This document shows, piece by piece, positions 37,035 through 47,410 of a stretch of DNA of 64,000 nt. The position numbers and the translations under genes were made by a program. Origin of the DNA: a candidate division WOR-3 bacterium (GTDB lineage Bacteria > Hydrothermota > Tepidihabitantia > B3-TA06); assembly GCA_965649265.1 (NCBI GenBank), contig CBFGKC010000009.1, positions 54,869 to 118,868 on the forward strand, in the 5' to 3' direction. The notes under the pieces are model-generated. The model saw only the letters and a program-made list of their open reading frames with translations, was not told the origin of the DNA and did not search any database. How positions within the stretch are numbered: the first letter of the stretch is position 1; every line of letters begins with the position of its first letter.

Positions 37035-38294
37035 ATGTTCCGTGAACGGATGTCATTTCTGTGGAGGGATATTTTCTGGTGGTGGATAAAGATATTCATC
37101 GGCCCTCCCTTCAGGCTTTTCTGGCGCACCAGAGCTCAGGGCAAGCGCTTTTTTCCCAAAAAAGGCCAGGCCGCTTTCATCCTGGCAAATCACACCAATA
37201 CTGTAGATCCTTTCATGATAGCCGATTTCGTCCAGAGACCTATACGGTATGTAATATCAGATGAATACTTCAGGTATAAGCCCCTGAGAGTAATGCTCGG
37301 ATGGCTCAAGGGAATACCCAAGACGAAGAATATTCCGGACTCGGTAACCATGCGCGAACTCCTGAAGGCGGTCAAAGATGGTGAGCTGATCGGCGTATTC
37401 CCTGAGGGACAACGCAACTGGGACGGCGAGACATTTCCGCTCGAAGATACCATTCCAAGACTTGTTCAGAAGCTTAAGATACCCGTCATTTGCGTCAAGC
37501 AGCGCGGATCTTACATGTCGTGGCCGCGCTGGTCAAACCGTATCAGGAGGGGGAGGATCATTTTCGAGTTCAGCTATCTGTTCGAGAATCCGAATGATAT
37601 TCCGGACGATCCAAAAGAGATAAAAAAGATGATCGAGAACGAGCTTGCACACAGCGAGCTCGAGGATTCCTACGTTACCGGGCAGATTTTTTCGAACTCC
37701 AGGGTAGCCGAGCATCTGGAACTCAGATTGTGGATATGTCCGCACTGCCTGACTTTTTTCTCCCTTCACTCGGAAAGGAACCATTTTTACTGCAGCAAGT
37801 GCGGGGCAAAATGGCGTTTTTCAGGCGACGGTTCATTTAATCTTGAACGCGCTGGAAAGCCCCGGAATGAAAATGCGGTCAATTTCAATCGCTACATTGA
37901 CTGGGCTCACTGGAACGATGAAATCACATTGCCGATTCTGGAGAAACGCAGGCACAACGGCAACAATCTGCTCCTAGAACAACCCGCCAAGATGTGGATG
38001 GCCGAAACCGATAACATAAGAAATAGGGATTTTGTTCTCGAAGGTGAAGGAACCGTCGCACTGACTAAAGATTCAAGAATTGTCTTTACACGTGCTGAAG
38101 ACGATAAGGTTTTACTCGATAGCCCACTTTCGGAGATGAGGGGGGCCAATATCGCATGGAACCAGAAGTTCGAGTTCTTTCTGCCCGGAAAGGCTTTTCG
38201 GTTGACCTTCTTCGGGCAATCGGCGTACTTCTGGGATTTTATTACCCATAAATTGAATCCAAACAACGGAAACGGTAAAGGAGGAGTTGCATGA
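37035..38294 (+). CDS. plsC: 1-acyl-sn-glycerol-3-phosphate acyltransferase family protein with zinc ribbon extension
   Basis: NHTNTVD (HX4D), FPEGQR, CPHC..CSKC. Confidence 0.85.
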   Translation: MFRERMSFLWRDIFWWWIKIFIGPPFRLFWRTRAQGKRFFPKKGQAAFILANHTNTVDPFMIADFVQRPIRYVISDEYFRYKPLRVMLGWLKGIPKTKNIPDSVTMRELLKAVKDGELIGVFPEGQRNWDGETFPLEDTIPRLVQKLKIPVICVKQRGSYMSWPRWSNRIRRGRIIFEFSYLFENPNDIPDDPKEIKKMIENELAHSELEDSYVTGQIFSNSRVAEHLELRLWICPHCLTFFSLHSERNHFYCSKCGAKWRFSGDGSFNLERAGKPRNENAVNFNRYIDWAHWNDEITLPILEKRRHNGNNLLLEQPAKMWMAETDNIRNRDFVLEGEGTVALTKDSRIVFTRAEDDKVLLDSPLSEMRGANIAWNQKFEFFLPGKAFRLTFFGQSAYFWDFITHKLNPNNGNGKGGVA

Positions 38295-39721
38295 GTTATC
38301 CGTGGGACCTGGTGATGGACCTGGGTTACATCGCGATTCTTCTTATCATTGCGTGGCTCATACGCAAGGCACTGCCCTTTTTGAAAACGTTCCGTATACC
38401 GGATGCTATCGTCGCAGGCATCATAGGAGTGATTCTGGGTCCGAGCATCCTTAAGGTTCTGCCGCTTCAGACCGATCGCATGGCCTCGATAGTATACCAT
38501 TTCTCGACTATTGCCTTTACCGCGCTTGCACTGCGAAGAGAAGAGCAAAAGGGACGGACACGTACGGCGCTCTCAACAGGATTCTACAACGGTGTGTCCT
38601 ACGCGATACAGGGAGGCCTGGGACTCTTAATAACTCTCATACTGATCAAAACGATATATCCCGACCTCTTCCCTGCATTCGGGCTGTTCCTGCCGTTCTC
38701 CTTCGCTCAGGGTCCCCAGATGGCAGGCTCAATGGGAACAGAGTGGGGTAATATTATTCTTCCGAACGGTAAGAAGGCCCTGGAATTCGGCACGTCGGTT
38801 GGATTCAGCTTTTCGACGATCGGTCTCTTCTGGGCATGTTTCGTAGGTGTGCCGCTCATGAACTGGCTCATACGCAGGCGTCTGAAAAAAGAAGGAAAAA
38901 AGCCCAAGGAGGAGTTGAAGGCAACCCCGGAGACGGTCAAGGTCGAGGAGAAAGGAACCTCGAGTGATTTTTCGGTCGACAAGATGACCATCCAGGTGGC
39001 CATAATACTCGGGATTTACGTAGCCCTCTTCTTCATTCTGAAAGGGCTTTCATGGGTTCTGAACACGTATACACCAAAGGAACTGGCATCCACGGTGATA
39101 CCCATCTTCTGGTCAATCCAGTTCGTGTTTGGAGCCCTGCTTGGAACTGCAATCGGAAAGATAATACACACACTTGAAGACAAGAAGATCTTCAAGGAAA
39201 GAATCATGGATGACCACCTGCTCCAGCACGTGGGCGGGCTTGCCATAGACTTCATGATCGCGGCTTCGATTGCCGCCATAGACATCAGAGTCTTTCAGGC
39301 CTATATCGTCCCAATTCTCTTGATTACGACCCTCGGCGGGCTTGCAACAATCGGATATACGTGGTTTCTGGTTAAGCTGGTTTGGCCGAAGACCTTCGTC
39401 GAGCATTTCGTCGCTTTCTTCGGAGACCAAACGGGCACAATGGCATCGGGCATGGCATTGTTGAGAGGAGTGGACCCGGAGTTCAAGACATCGGCTACTT
39501 CGGACCTCGTCTACGGCTCGGCACTTGCGCTGCCTATCGCAGGGCCTCTGATATTCATCGCTGCCATACCGATATACGGATTAAAGTCAGGTCAGCCGCA
39601 GTACTACTGGTGGACGCTTCTCATCCTATTGGGATACCTTGCCGTCGTGCTTCTCTTGTGGTTAAACCCCTGGTCTTTCAGATTCCTGACCAAGCATTCA
39701 CGAGAAAAAACGGATGGCTGA
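38291..39721 (+). CDS. gltS: Sodium:glutamate symporter family protein
   Basis: IPDAIVAG, FAQGP, FSTIG, FGDQTGT..G.ALLR.VDP; about 12 TM. Confidence 0.82.
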   Translation: MSYPWDLVMDLGYIAILLIIAWLIRKALPFLKTFRIPDAIVAGIIGVILGPSILKVLPLQTDRMASIVYHFSTIAFTALALRREEQKGRTRTALSTGFYNGVSYAIQGGLGLLITLILIKTIYPDLFPAFGLFLPFSFAQGPQMAGSMGTEWGNIILPNGKKALEFGTSVGFSFSTIGLFWACFVGVPLMNWLIRRRLKKEGKKPKEELKATPETVKVEEKGTSSDFSVDKMTIQVAIILGIYVALFFILKGLSWVLNTYTPKELASTVIPIFWSIQFVFGALLGTAIGKIIHTLEDKKIFKERIMDDHLLQHVGGLAIDFMIAASIAAIDIRVFQAYIVPILLITTLGGLATIGYTWFLVKLVWPKTFVEHFVAFFGDQTGTMASGMALLRGVDPEFKTSATSDLVYGSALALPIAGPLIFIAAIPIYGLKSGQPQYYWWTLLILLGYLAVVLLLWLNPWSFRFLTKHSREKTDG

Positions 39722-39794
39722 GGCTTGTGATACTATCAGTGGAATAAACAGGGTGGAGCCGTGAAAGTTGTTAATTTAAACCTGGAGGCATTTG

Positions 39795-41249
39795 ATGGGT
39801 GCACCTTTCCCATATGAGTTGATTCTCGATTTTTCCTACATCTCCGTGCTGCTTCTTATAGCAGTGGCGGTAAGAAGGTATGTTCCCTTTTTCACCAAAT
39901 TTCGTATACCGGATGCTATTCTGGCCGGTCTCCTGGGAATAGTTGTAGGACCAAGTGTTCTGAAAATCATTCCATGGAACACCGACCGACTGGCCGCCAT
40001 CGTATACCACCTTATGGCCATCGGATTCATTGCCCTCTCTCTGAAAAAACAGGTGATAAAGGACAAGGCAAAGACAGCTCTCTGGTCCGGCTTCTACACT
40101 ATAGCCTCATACGGAATTCAGGGATTCCTCGGCCTGGCTATCACCATGATTCTGATTCTTACCCTCTATCCGAGCCTCTTTCCCAACTTCGGATTCCTCT
40201 TACCCCTGGGTTTCGCTCAGGGACCGGGACTTGCAGGAGGCATGGGCCATACATGGCAAACCCTCCCCCTCCCGAACACTCTCACGTTCGCTGATAAAAC
40301 ACTTCCCGCAGGTTCCGCGACATTCCCGAACGGAACATCGATAGGATTCAGTTTCTCTACTATAGGTTTTCTATGGGCTTGCTTTGTGGGAGTACCGCTT
40401 ATGAATTTCCTCATGCGCAGACGAGCCAAAAAAGGCGAGCCCACAACCGGTCTTGAGGGAAAGCCTGCCGCGATGCTCGTAGAAAAGGAACGCGACTTTG
40501 AAGGAATGACCCGCTCGATAGATAAAGCGACAACCCAGATAATGCTCGTGGGTGTCGTATATCTCGGCGTCTATTTCATGATCTATGGTCTTACCTCACT
40601 TCTCTCAAAGGTCTTTCCGGGCAATCTTGCACAAAACCTGAATTCACTGCTCTGGGTGCTCGTATTCGCATTCGGTGCACTTGCAGGAAACCTGATCACG
40701 AAGCTCATAGACGTTCTTGAAAACAAGGGAATCCTACTGAAGGACAAAACCCGAAGCAACTATATTCTCACCCATATTGGCGGAATAAGCGTGGATTTCA
40801 TGATAGCGGCTTCAATCTCAGCCATTGATCTCAGGGTTTTTGCCGATTACGTTGTCCCTCTTCTTCTCGTAACCACTATAGGTGGAATCGCCACAATCGG
40901 CTATACCTGGTTCTTCGTGTCCAAGGTCTGGCCCAAGACTTTTGTCGAACATTTCCTCGCGTTCTTCGGCACCCAGACCGGAACCGTGGCCACAGGCATG
41001 GGACTCCTGCGCGGGGTCGACCCCGAATTCAGAACATCCGCCGCATCCGATCTCGTATACGGCTCCGGCATCGCCGTGATAATTGGTCTTCCCCTTCTCT
41101 TTATGCCGGCACTTCTTACAGAAGGATACCAGATGCAAAAACACAATCTCTACTGGATTACGCTCGCAGGAACTGCCGGGTATACACTTTTGATCCTTGG
41201 TGCGTGGTTTTTATTCTTCAAACTCGCCAAACGCAAGCGAAAAACCTGA
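39795..41249 (+). CDS. gltS: Sodium:glutamate symporter family protein (tandem paralog)
   Basis: Same motifs (GFAQGPG, FGTQTGTVATGMGLLRGVDP). Confidence 0.82.
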   Translation: MGAPFPYELILDFSYISVLLLIAVAVRRYVPFFTKFRIPDAILAGLLGIVVGPSVLKIIPWNTDRLAAIVYHLMAIGFIALSLKKQVIKDKAKTALWSGFYTIASYGIQGFLGLAITMILILTLYPSLFPNFGFLLPLGFAQGPGLAGGMGHTWQTLPLPNTLTFADKTLPAGSATFPNGTSIGFSFSTIGFLWACFVGVPLMNFLMRRRAKKGEPTTGLEGKPAAMLVEKERDFEGMTRSIDKATTQIMLVGVVYLGVYFMIYGLTSLLSKVFPGNLAQNLNSLLWVLVFAFGALAGNLITKLIDVLENKGILLKDKTRSNYILTHIGGISVDFMIAASISAIDLRVFADYVVPLLLVTTIGGIATIGYTWFFVSKVWPKTFVEHFLAFFGTQTGTVATGMGLLRGVDPEFRTSAASDLVYGSGIAVIIGLPLLFMPALLTEGYQMQKHNLYWITLAGTAGYTLLILGAWFLFFKLAKRKRKT

Positions 41250-41270
41250 TATATCAGAGATTAACAAAGG

Positions 41271-41297
41271 GAGCCCCGCAAGGGGCTCTTCTTTTTT
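41271..41297 (+). terminator. Rho-independent terminator
   Basis: GAGCCCC-GCAA-GGGGCTC followed by TTCTTTTTT. Confidence 0.8.
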
Positions 41298-41604
41298 AAG
41301 ATTCGGATTCGGTGCTATCCGGCAAAGTTTCGGTTTGCGGCGATGGAGGCTGTTTGCTGCGCGCACCCTCAAGAAGCTCGCGAATCTCCGGCTTGATAAA
41401 TATCTCGTCTATAGGCATCTCGGAAAGAGCACGTAAAAAAAGATCGGCCTTTATCTCGTCGGAAAGACGCTTGTTGATTACTATGTAGCGGTTATCGACA
41501 ACTCGGCAGCCCCCCCCTTTACCGTCAAAGGTATCATAGATGGTTCTTATTCCTAGGCTCTCGGCAACAACCTCGAGCTCAGCCAATAGCTTCTTGGCGT
41601 TCAA
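41296..41604 (-). CDS. Small hypothetical protein
   Basis: AAGGAGG RBS with TTG start; GGGCRV..IVINKRLS pattern. Confidence 0.7.
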   Translation of the reverse strand: MNAKKLLAELEVVAESLGIRTIYDTFDGKGGGCRVVDNRYIVINKRLSDEIKADLFLRALSEMPIDEIFIKPEIRELLEGARSKQPPSPQTETLPDSTESES

Positions 41605-41632
41605 ATCTCCTCCTTAAGTAAAGGTTCTAGCG

Positions 41633-42610
41633 TCAGAGCCACTTTACCTCCTTGTACCATTCAAGAGTCAATCTCACTCCCTCGCGGATCGGCGTCTCTG
41701 GTTTCCAGGCAAAATCCCGCATCGCTTTATTGGGCGATATCAACCAGTAGAGGTTGGAAAACATCTCAAGTTGCTCGGGATTGAAAGCCGTCCTGACCTT
41801 GAGAACGTTTTTTATGAACCATGACCCGAACATTATAAGGGCAAACGGAACAGGTATGCGCAGCGCCCATCTATGCCAGACCTGACCGATGATGCGGTAT
41901 AACTCGTTGAAGGTGTTGCTCGAGCCGTCAGAGATGTTGTAGATATTACCGCTTTTTACTTGAGACCCAAGGGCTGCAACGGCAGCCCGGGCCGCGTCCT
42001 TTACGTAAACGACAGAAATGAAACGGTGCCTGACGCCGACGCTAGGGTTGATGAATATGTTAAACGTCTTGAACAACCTTAGACCCTGGGTATCACGCGG
42101 TCCGTAGATCATGGGGTAACGCAAAATCGTTATATCAAGGTTTCCGGTCATACCTGAAAGAAGTTTTTCGGCATCTTTCTTGCTGATCCCGTAAAGAGTA
42201 CAGGGTGTATCCAATTCATCGCCGTTCCGCTGGTAGGGTCCGCTGCTCGGTCCCCCTGCGGAAATACTGGAAACATATATGAATTTCTTGACCCCGGCCT
42301 TGATACTTTCCTCAGCTATAATTCTGGTGATGTCGGTGTTTACAGAGTGGTAATCACCCCACAGCGCCCCCGCTGCATGAATAACCGCATCCACACTACG
42401 AAGGACAGAGGAAAGAACAAACCTGTCACTCAACTCGGCAACGTGAATATGAAGCCAGGAATAATCTATCCAGCGCCTTGAACTCGTTGAGCGGATAAGT
42501 GCATGCACTTCATATCCGGCTTCGTGCAGAGCTTCACAGATATGCGAACCGAGAAAGCCTGATGCGCCGGTGACAAGGATTTTTCCTACGGAATGCTTCA
42601 TCTGATTCAA
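41633..42610 (-). CDS. NAD-dependent epimerase/dehydratase (extended SDR), copy 4
   Basis: TGASGFLG, YGISK, IYGPRD. Confidence 0.9.
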   Translation of the reverse strand: MNQMKHSVGKILVTGASGFLGSHICEALHEAGYEVHALIRSTSSRRWIDYSWLHIHVAELSDRFVLSSVLRSVDAVIHAAGALWGDYHSVNTDITRIIAEESIKAGVKKFIYVSSISAGGPSSGPYQRNGDELDTPCTLYGISKKDAEKLLSGMTGNLDITILRYPMIYGPRDTQGLRLFKTFNIFINPSVGVRHRFISVVYVKDAARAAVAALGSQVKSGNIYNISDGSSNTFNELYRIIGQVWHRWALRIPVPFALIMFGSWFIKNVLKVRTAFNPEQLEMFSNLYWLISPNKAMRDFAWKPETPIREGVRLTLEWYKEVKWL

Positions 42611-42668
42611 ATCATACCTAAATTAATGATTGAGGCAACAATGGAGGACTCGGGGAAAACCGGGTACA

Positions 42669-43649
42669 TCAAAGCCACCCTTCTTTATCATACCACATAG
42701 TGGTCAAAGGAATTCCAGTATCAAGCATTGTCTTTGGTTCCCACCCGAGTTCTTTTCTTGCTTTTTCGATTGAAACAAGACGGTACCTGTGACGAAACTC
42801 CTTAATGGTCTTGGGTGTAAAAGCAATCTCCTTGGTTCTTGAGCCGTAAAAAAGACCCACGATAAATGCCGCCACCCAGGCCGGTACCCTGACTATATTT
42901 GGTTTCTTCCCGAAGGAAGAGGCAATTCTCCTGTAAATCAGTTCCAGAGTGAGCGGCATACCGTCGGAAATATAGTAGGACGAACCGGACGCAACGGATG
43001 ATGCCAGAGACGAAAGCACCGCCCCGGCCACGTCTCTTACGAAGACCAGCGGCATATATACCGGCTTCATTCCTATTATCGGCGAAAGAGGCATCTTCTT
43101 AATGAGTTTGAATAACCGCAAAAAGTGCCTGTCACGAGGACCGTAGATAAGAACGGGCCTGAGATTGATAATCGTGATCTTGTCTTTTAGCTCGTCAAGC
43201 CTTATTTCGGCCTGCTTCTTGCTCATACCGTAAGATGAATATGGGGTATCAGGATCTGATTCCCTTTTAGAAATTGCGTCTTTGCGAAACCCGCCTGCGT
43301 CCCTGCTCGAGATAAAAACGAATCGCTTCACGCCTGCCTTGATAGATTCCTGGGCAAGAACAAGCGTAGCCTCAACATTGATTTTGTTCAATTCGTCATC
43401 GCTTGCACCAATGAGTTCGGCTGCCGAATGCACAACAGCTTCAATACCCTTAAGGATAGAGGCAAGAAACGTCCGGTCGTCGAATTCTCCCTTATACAGC
43501 TTGAGCCACGAATGATTAAGCCACGCACAAGAGCTGGACTGACGGACTACGGCGTGGACTTCGTATCCTGCATCATGCAGTGTTTCGCAGATGTGCGAAC
43601 CGAGGAAGCCGGACGCCCCTGTAACAAGAACTTTTTTCATATTTCTCAT
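42669..43649 (-). CDS. NAD-dependent epimerase/dehydratase (extended SDR), copy 3
   Basis: TGASGFLG, YGMSK, IYGPRD. Confidence 0.9.
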   Translation of the reverse strand: MRNMKKVLVTGASGFLGSHICETLHDAGYEVHAVVRQSSSCAWLNHSWLKLYKGEFDDRTFLASILKGIEAVVHSAAELIGASDDELNKINVEATLVLAQESIKAGVKRFVFISSRDAGGFRKDAISKRESDPDTPYSSYGMSKKQAEIRLDELKDKITIINLRPVLIYGPRDRHFLRLFKLIKKMPLSPIIGMKPVYMPLVFVRDVAGAVLSSLASSVASGSSYYISDGMPLTLELIYRRIASSFGKKPNIVRVPAWVAAFIVGLFYGSRTKEIAFTPKTIKEFRHRYRLVSIEKARKELGWEPKTMLDTGIPLTTMWYDKEGWL

Positions 43650-43705
43650 TCGCTTTTTTATTTTGGAACCCCTACGCTAATGAATTTTAACACTGCCGGT
43701 TCTTA

Positions 43706-44692
43706 CTACAACCATTGATGTACCCTGTACCATTCAACAGTACGTTCAATACCTTCCCTTAGCAGAACCCTGGGCTGCCAATTGAGTTCTTTCATTGCTT
43801 TTTCGGAAGAAGCAATCCAGAAACGGGCCTTCATCTCCTTCGCCTTGTCCGGAGTCAATGGAGTTGCCATCTTGAGCACACTGGCCAGAAACCAACTGAA
43901 AAAATCGAGAATAAAAAACGGAATCTTAACGAGTAAACCCTTGCTTCCGAGGTTATCCGAAATCAGTTTATACAGGTATTCCATGGTCGCCAATGGATCC
44001 ATACCATCGTTTACATAATAAAAAGTGCCCGACTTGATCTTTGCGCTCGCGGCAGCAAGGGCTGCCCGTGCAGCGTCCTCGACATAGAGCATCGAAACGT
44101 ATGTCGGCCTGTATCCCGGATGCGGTTTTATTGGCCCGGTAAGCATTTTGAATACGCCCAGAAGTTCGGTACCCCGCGGGCCGTATATGGTTGGAAATCT
44201 CAAACTTACGACCTCTATCTTGTCGCGCATGGAGAAAAGTAGTTCCTCGGCTGCTTTCTTGCTTTTGCCGTAATGGGATATAGGGCAATCGGGATCATCT
44301 TCCGTTTTCATACGTTTCTCTTCTGTCGGTCCGCCTGCAGCGTGACTCGATATGAACACAAACCTCGGGACATGAGCCTTTATGCATTCTTCAAAAAACA
44401 CTCTGGTCCCCTCGACATTCACCCTATAGTAAATTTCAGGATCAATCTCATTTGTCGCGCCCGCATTATGAATTACGGCATCCATTTGACTCAAGAGTGG
44501 TGAAATGTCGGCGCACTCATCCAGCCCAACGGTATGGAGGTTGAGCCAGTAATGCTTAAGCCACTTGCGCGAGCTGGTCTCTCTCACCATAACATGAACC
44601 TCATAACCGGCCTCGTGCGCGGCTTCACAAATATGAGACCCCAAAAAACCTGAGGCTCCAGTTATCATTATTTTTTTTACTTTACCACTCAT
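43706..44692 (-). CDS. NAD-dependent epimerase/dehydratase (extended SDR), copy 2
   Basis: TGASGFLG, YGKSK, IYGPRG. Confidence 0.9.
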   Translation of the reverse strand: MSGKVKKIMITGASGFLGSHICEAAHEAGYEVHVMVRETSSRKWLKHYWLNLHTVGLDECADISPLLSQMDAVIHNAGATNEIDPEIYYRVNVEGTRVFFEECIKAHVPRFVFISSHAAGGPTEEKRMKTEDDPDCPISHYGKSKKAAEELLFSMRDKIEVVSLRFPTIYGPRGTELLGVFKMLTGPIKPHPGYRPTYVSMLYVEDAARAALAAASAKIKSGTFYYVNDGMDPLATMEYLYKLISDNLGSKGLLVKIPFFILDFFSWFLASVLKMATPLTPDKAKEMKARFWIASSEKAMKELNWQPRVLLREGIERTVEWYRVHQWL

Positions 44693-44750
44693 TGATTAAC
44701 CGGACAAAGGTTGCAATTACTTTCGAGTTTCCTCAAGAATTTAAAAGGGA

Positions 44751-45737
44751 TTATATCCACCCCCTCTCCCTGTACCAGTCCACGGTCAGTCTGATTCCGT
44801 CTTCAAATTTAATGAGCGGTTTCCAGCCAAGTTCTTTAATGGCTTTCTCGGGCGACGCGAACCAGTACAGCGCTTTGAATTGCCTGACCTGATCCTGGGA
44901 TATGCCACGAATTTTTGCGACGTCGTGATTCCACCATGCGGCAAGCGTCACGAGCCAGAAAGGTAACCTTACCCTTTTCACCGCTCTCACCTGCTTTCCC
45001 AACGCCTGTTCAATGCCATCGTAGATGTCATCGAGAGTGTAACATTTGCCGTCGGTTATCTGATAGACAGAGCCTGATTTTACATCTGCTGTAAGCGAAG
45101 ATATAGCTGCCCTGGCCGCATCTTTGACGTAAATCATGGAAGAAAAGATAGGCTTGAACCCCATGAGAGGAACCTTTTTGCCTGAAGCTGCCTTGAAGAA
45201 ACCAAGGATGTTGAGGTCGCGCGGCCCGTAGATCATCGAGTAGCGCAGACTGATTGAATGAAGTTTACCGGAAAGGGAAGCAAGCATTCTTTCAGCCTCA
45301 AGTTTTGAACGACCGTAGTGGGATACAGGTCTTGAGGGGTCCTCTTCCGTTCTTGCATCAGGACCGCTCCCGGGTCCCCCTGCCGCAAGCGAAGAAACGT
45401 AGACGAAGCGCTTGATGCCCGCCTTGATTGATTCCTCGGCAAGCAATGTGGTAAGACCTACATTGGTTTTAAGGGAGTCGCGTTCATTGCGCGACGTTGT
45501 AGCAAGCACGCCTGCATTGTGAATGACGAAATCAACATTGCATAATATTAATGAAAGGGCTTGCTTGTCAAAAAGCTCTGCCTTGTGAATGTGCAGCCAA
45601 TCGTATTTCAGCCATTCGGTCGAGCTCTGTGGTCTAGTAAGGGCATGAACCTCATATCCTTCATCGTGCGCTTCCTCGCATATGTGCGACCCCAGGAATC
45701 CTGATGCCCCTGTAATTAGAATTCTCTTTTCATTCAT
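44751..45737 (-). CDS. NAD-dependent epimerase/dehydratase (extended SDR), copy 1
   Basis: TGASGFLG, YGRSK, IYGPRD. Confidence 0.9.
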   Translation of the reverse strand: MNEKRILITGASGFLGSHICEEAHDEGYEVHALTRPQSSTEWLKYDWLHIHKAELFDKQALSLILCNVDFVIHNAGVLATTSRNERDSLKTNVGLTTLLAEESIKAGIKRFVYVSSLAAGGPGSGPDARTEEDPSRPVSHYGRSKLEAERMLASLSGKLHSISLRYSMIYGPRDLNILGFFKAASGKKVPLMGFKPIFSSMIYVKDAARAAISSLTADVKSGSVYQITDGKCYTLDDIYDGIEQALGKQVRAVKRVRLPFWLVTLAAWWNHDVAKIRGISQDQVRQFKALYWFASPEKAIKELGWKPLIKFEDGIRLTVDWYRERGWI

Positions 45738-45851
45738 CGCGCATCATTCTTGCCAGAGTAAAACCGAAGCGGTCGATACGGGATCCCGACATGGTTATGA
45801 AATGGTGCTCTTGGATAAAAGCTATTCTGAAGACCTTTTACAACCAGTCTT

Positions 45852-47171
45852 TCAGGCATCGTTCCTAACTTCACTTATTTTCCGGGCCCAGCTGCGCGCT
45901 TCTTCAAGAACAGGCTTCTCATCTAGAGTGGTGACTTCTCCGTTGCTGACGACCCTTGTTCCTCCCACGAAAACATCGCGGACGTCCGAAGCCCCGGCAG
46001 AATATACGAGCGCTGAATAGACATCATATACCGGTTCGTTGTGAGAGGATGAAAGATCGACAACGACGAGGTCGGCTTTCTTACCAGGTTCAAGCGAACC
46101 AATCTCTTCGGCCATGCCCCAGGTTTTTGCCGAATCGATGGTCACCATTCGAAGCGCTTGTTCGGCAGGCAGCCTGGTAGGGTCAAGCGTTGTCCCCTTT
46201 GCAAGAAGAGCGGTAAGACGCAACTCCTCCCATATATCAAGATTGTTGTTGGATGCCGCACCATCTGTTCCTAGTACAACCCGTATTCCCTCATCTATAT
46301 AACGTGAAACAGGAGGTATTCCCGACGCAAGCTTTAGGTTGGACTGAGGACAAAGAACTACCCCGACGTTTTCGCGTTTAAGAAACTCAAAATCACCCTC
46401 CTGAGGCCAGACCATATGTACAAGACCTATGTTGGTGTTTAGAAGCCCCAGTTTATCAAGATAAGCAATCTGGCTCATCTTGTGCCTGGATAAGCATTCC
46501 AGAGCCTCTTTTTGAGTCTCCGCGCAGTGAATCTGAACCGGCAAATGCCAGAGCAATGACAGTTCAGCCGCCTGGTGGAGCTGTTCCTCGGTAGAGGCGT
46601 AGGTTGAATGGGCTGCCATAAGAACCCTGACAAGTTCGTCTCCGTGATAACGTGCCGCTTGCTCACGAATTAGATCAAAAGTCTTCGAAGGATCCTTAGA
46701 CGAGGCGGTAGGAAAAGCCAAAAGGCCTTCACCGATAAGAACCCTTATCCCGGCCTCCCTGGCAGCCTTTGCCACCTCATCTTCAAAGAAATACATATCC
46801 GTAAACATCGTTATGCCGGCCTTAAGCATCTCAAGAATCGCTAGTTTTGTCCCGGCAAGTACGAATTCGGGTGAAAGGAACCTGGCCTCAAGTGGCCAGA
46901 TGTGTTTCCCGAGCCAGTCATCCAGCGGCAAGTCGTCGGCAAAACCCCTGAAAAGATTCATTGCGGCGTGTGTGTGAGAATTGACAAGCCCGGGGATTAT
47001 GGCTGCGTCCTTGTAGTCGATACGTTCAACCTGAGGTGCTTCCGCTAAAGGGCCCAGGGATAGAATCTTTCCTGATTTTACCTCCAGGTAACCAGGGGAA
47101 TAAATCGTACCCCTGCGGTCCATGGTCACTACCCATTTAGCAGTAAGTACAAGACGTTTTTCACTGGTCAT
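45852..47171 (-). CDS. mtaD: Amidohydrolase, 5-methylthioadenosine/S-adenosylhomocysteine deaminase-like
   Basis: PGLVNSHTH, RGFADDLPL..WL, IHCAET, SNLKLASG, LGTDGAASNN; start at ATG 47171. Confidence 0.82.
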   Translation of the reverse strand: MTSEKRLVLTAKWVVTMDRRGTIYSPGYLEVKSGKILSLGPLAEAPQVERIDYKDAAIIPGLVNSHTHAAMNLFRGFADDLPLDDWLGKHIWPLEARFLSPEFVLAGTKLAILEMLKAGITMFTDMYFFEDEVAKAAREAGIRVLIGEGLLAFPTASSKDPSKTFDLIREQAARYHGDELVRVLMAAHSTYASTEEQLHQAAELSLLWHLPVQIHCAETQKEALECLSRHKMSQIAYLDKLGLLNTNIGLVHMVWPQEGDFEFLKRENVGVVLCPQSNLKLASGIPPVSRYIDEGIRVVLGTDGAASNNNLDIWEELRLTALLAKGTTLDPTRLPAEQALRMVTIDSAKTWGMAEEIGSLEPGKKADLVVVDLSSSHNEPVYDVYSALVYSAGASDVRDVFVGGTRVVSNGEVTTLDEKPVLEEARSWARKISEVRNDA

Positions 47172-47410
47172 TTGCGGATAATAGCATGATGCGGCTTGAA
47201 AGTCAAGGTTGTTGATCATACACCCTGGATATGCTGAATCGCATTTCGAAACAAAACCCTGTGATTTGAAACCTCGAATACCCTTTGAACCACAGAGACT
47301 TGCGAGATCAATGTCTCTATTCCGCATGACATCGGCTTGACTCAAAGATTCTTTCGCTTAGAATAATAGTCAAGGTCGGAGATAAGGTAATTAACCCCTG
47401 GAGGATAATT

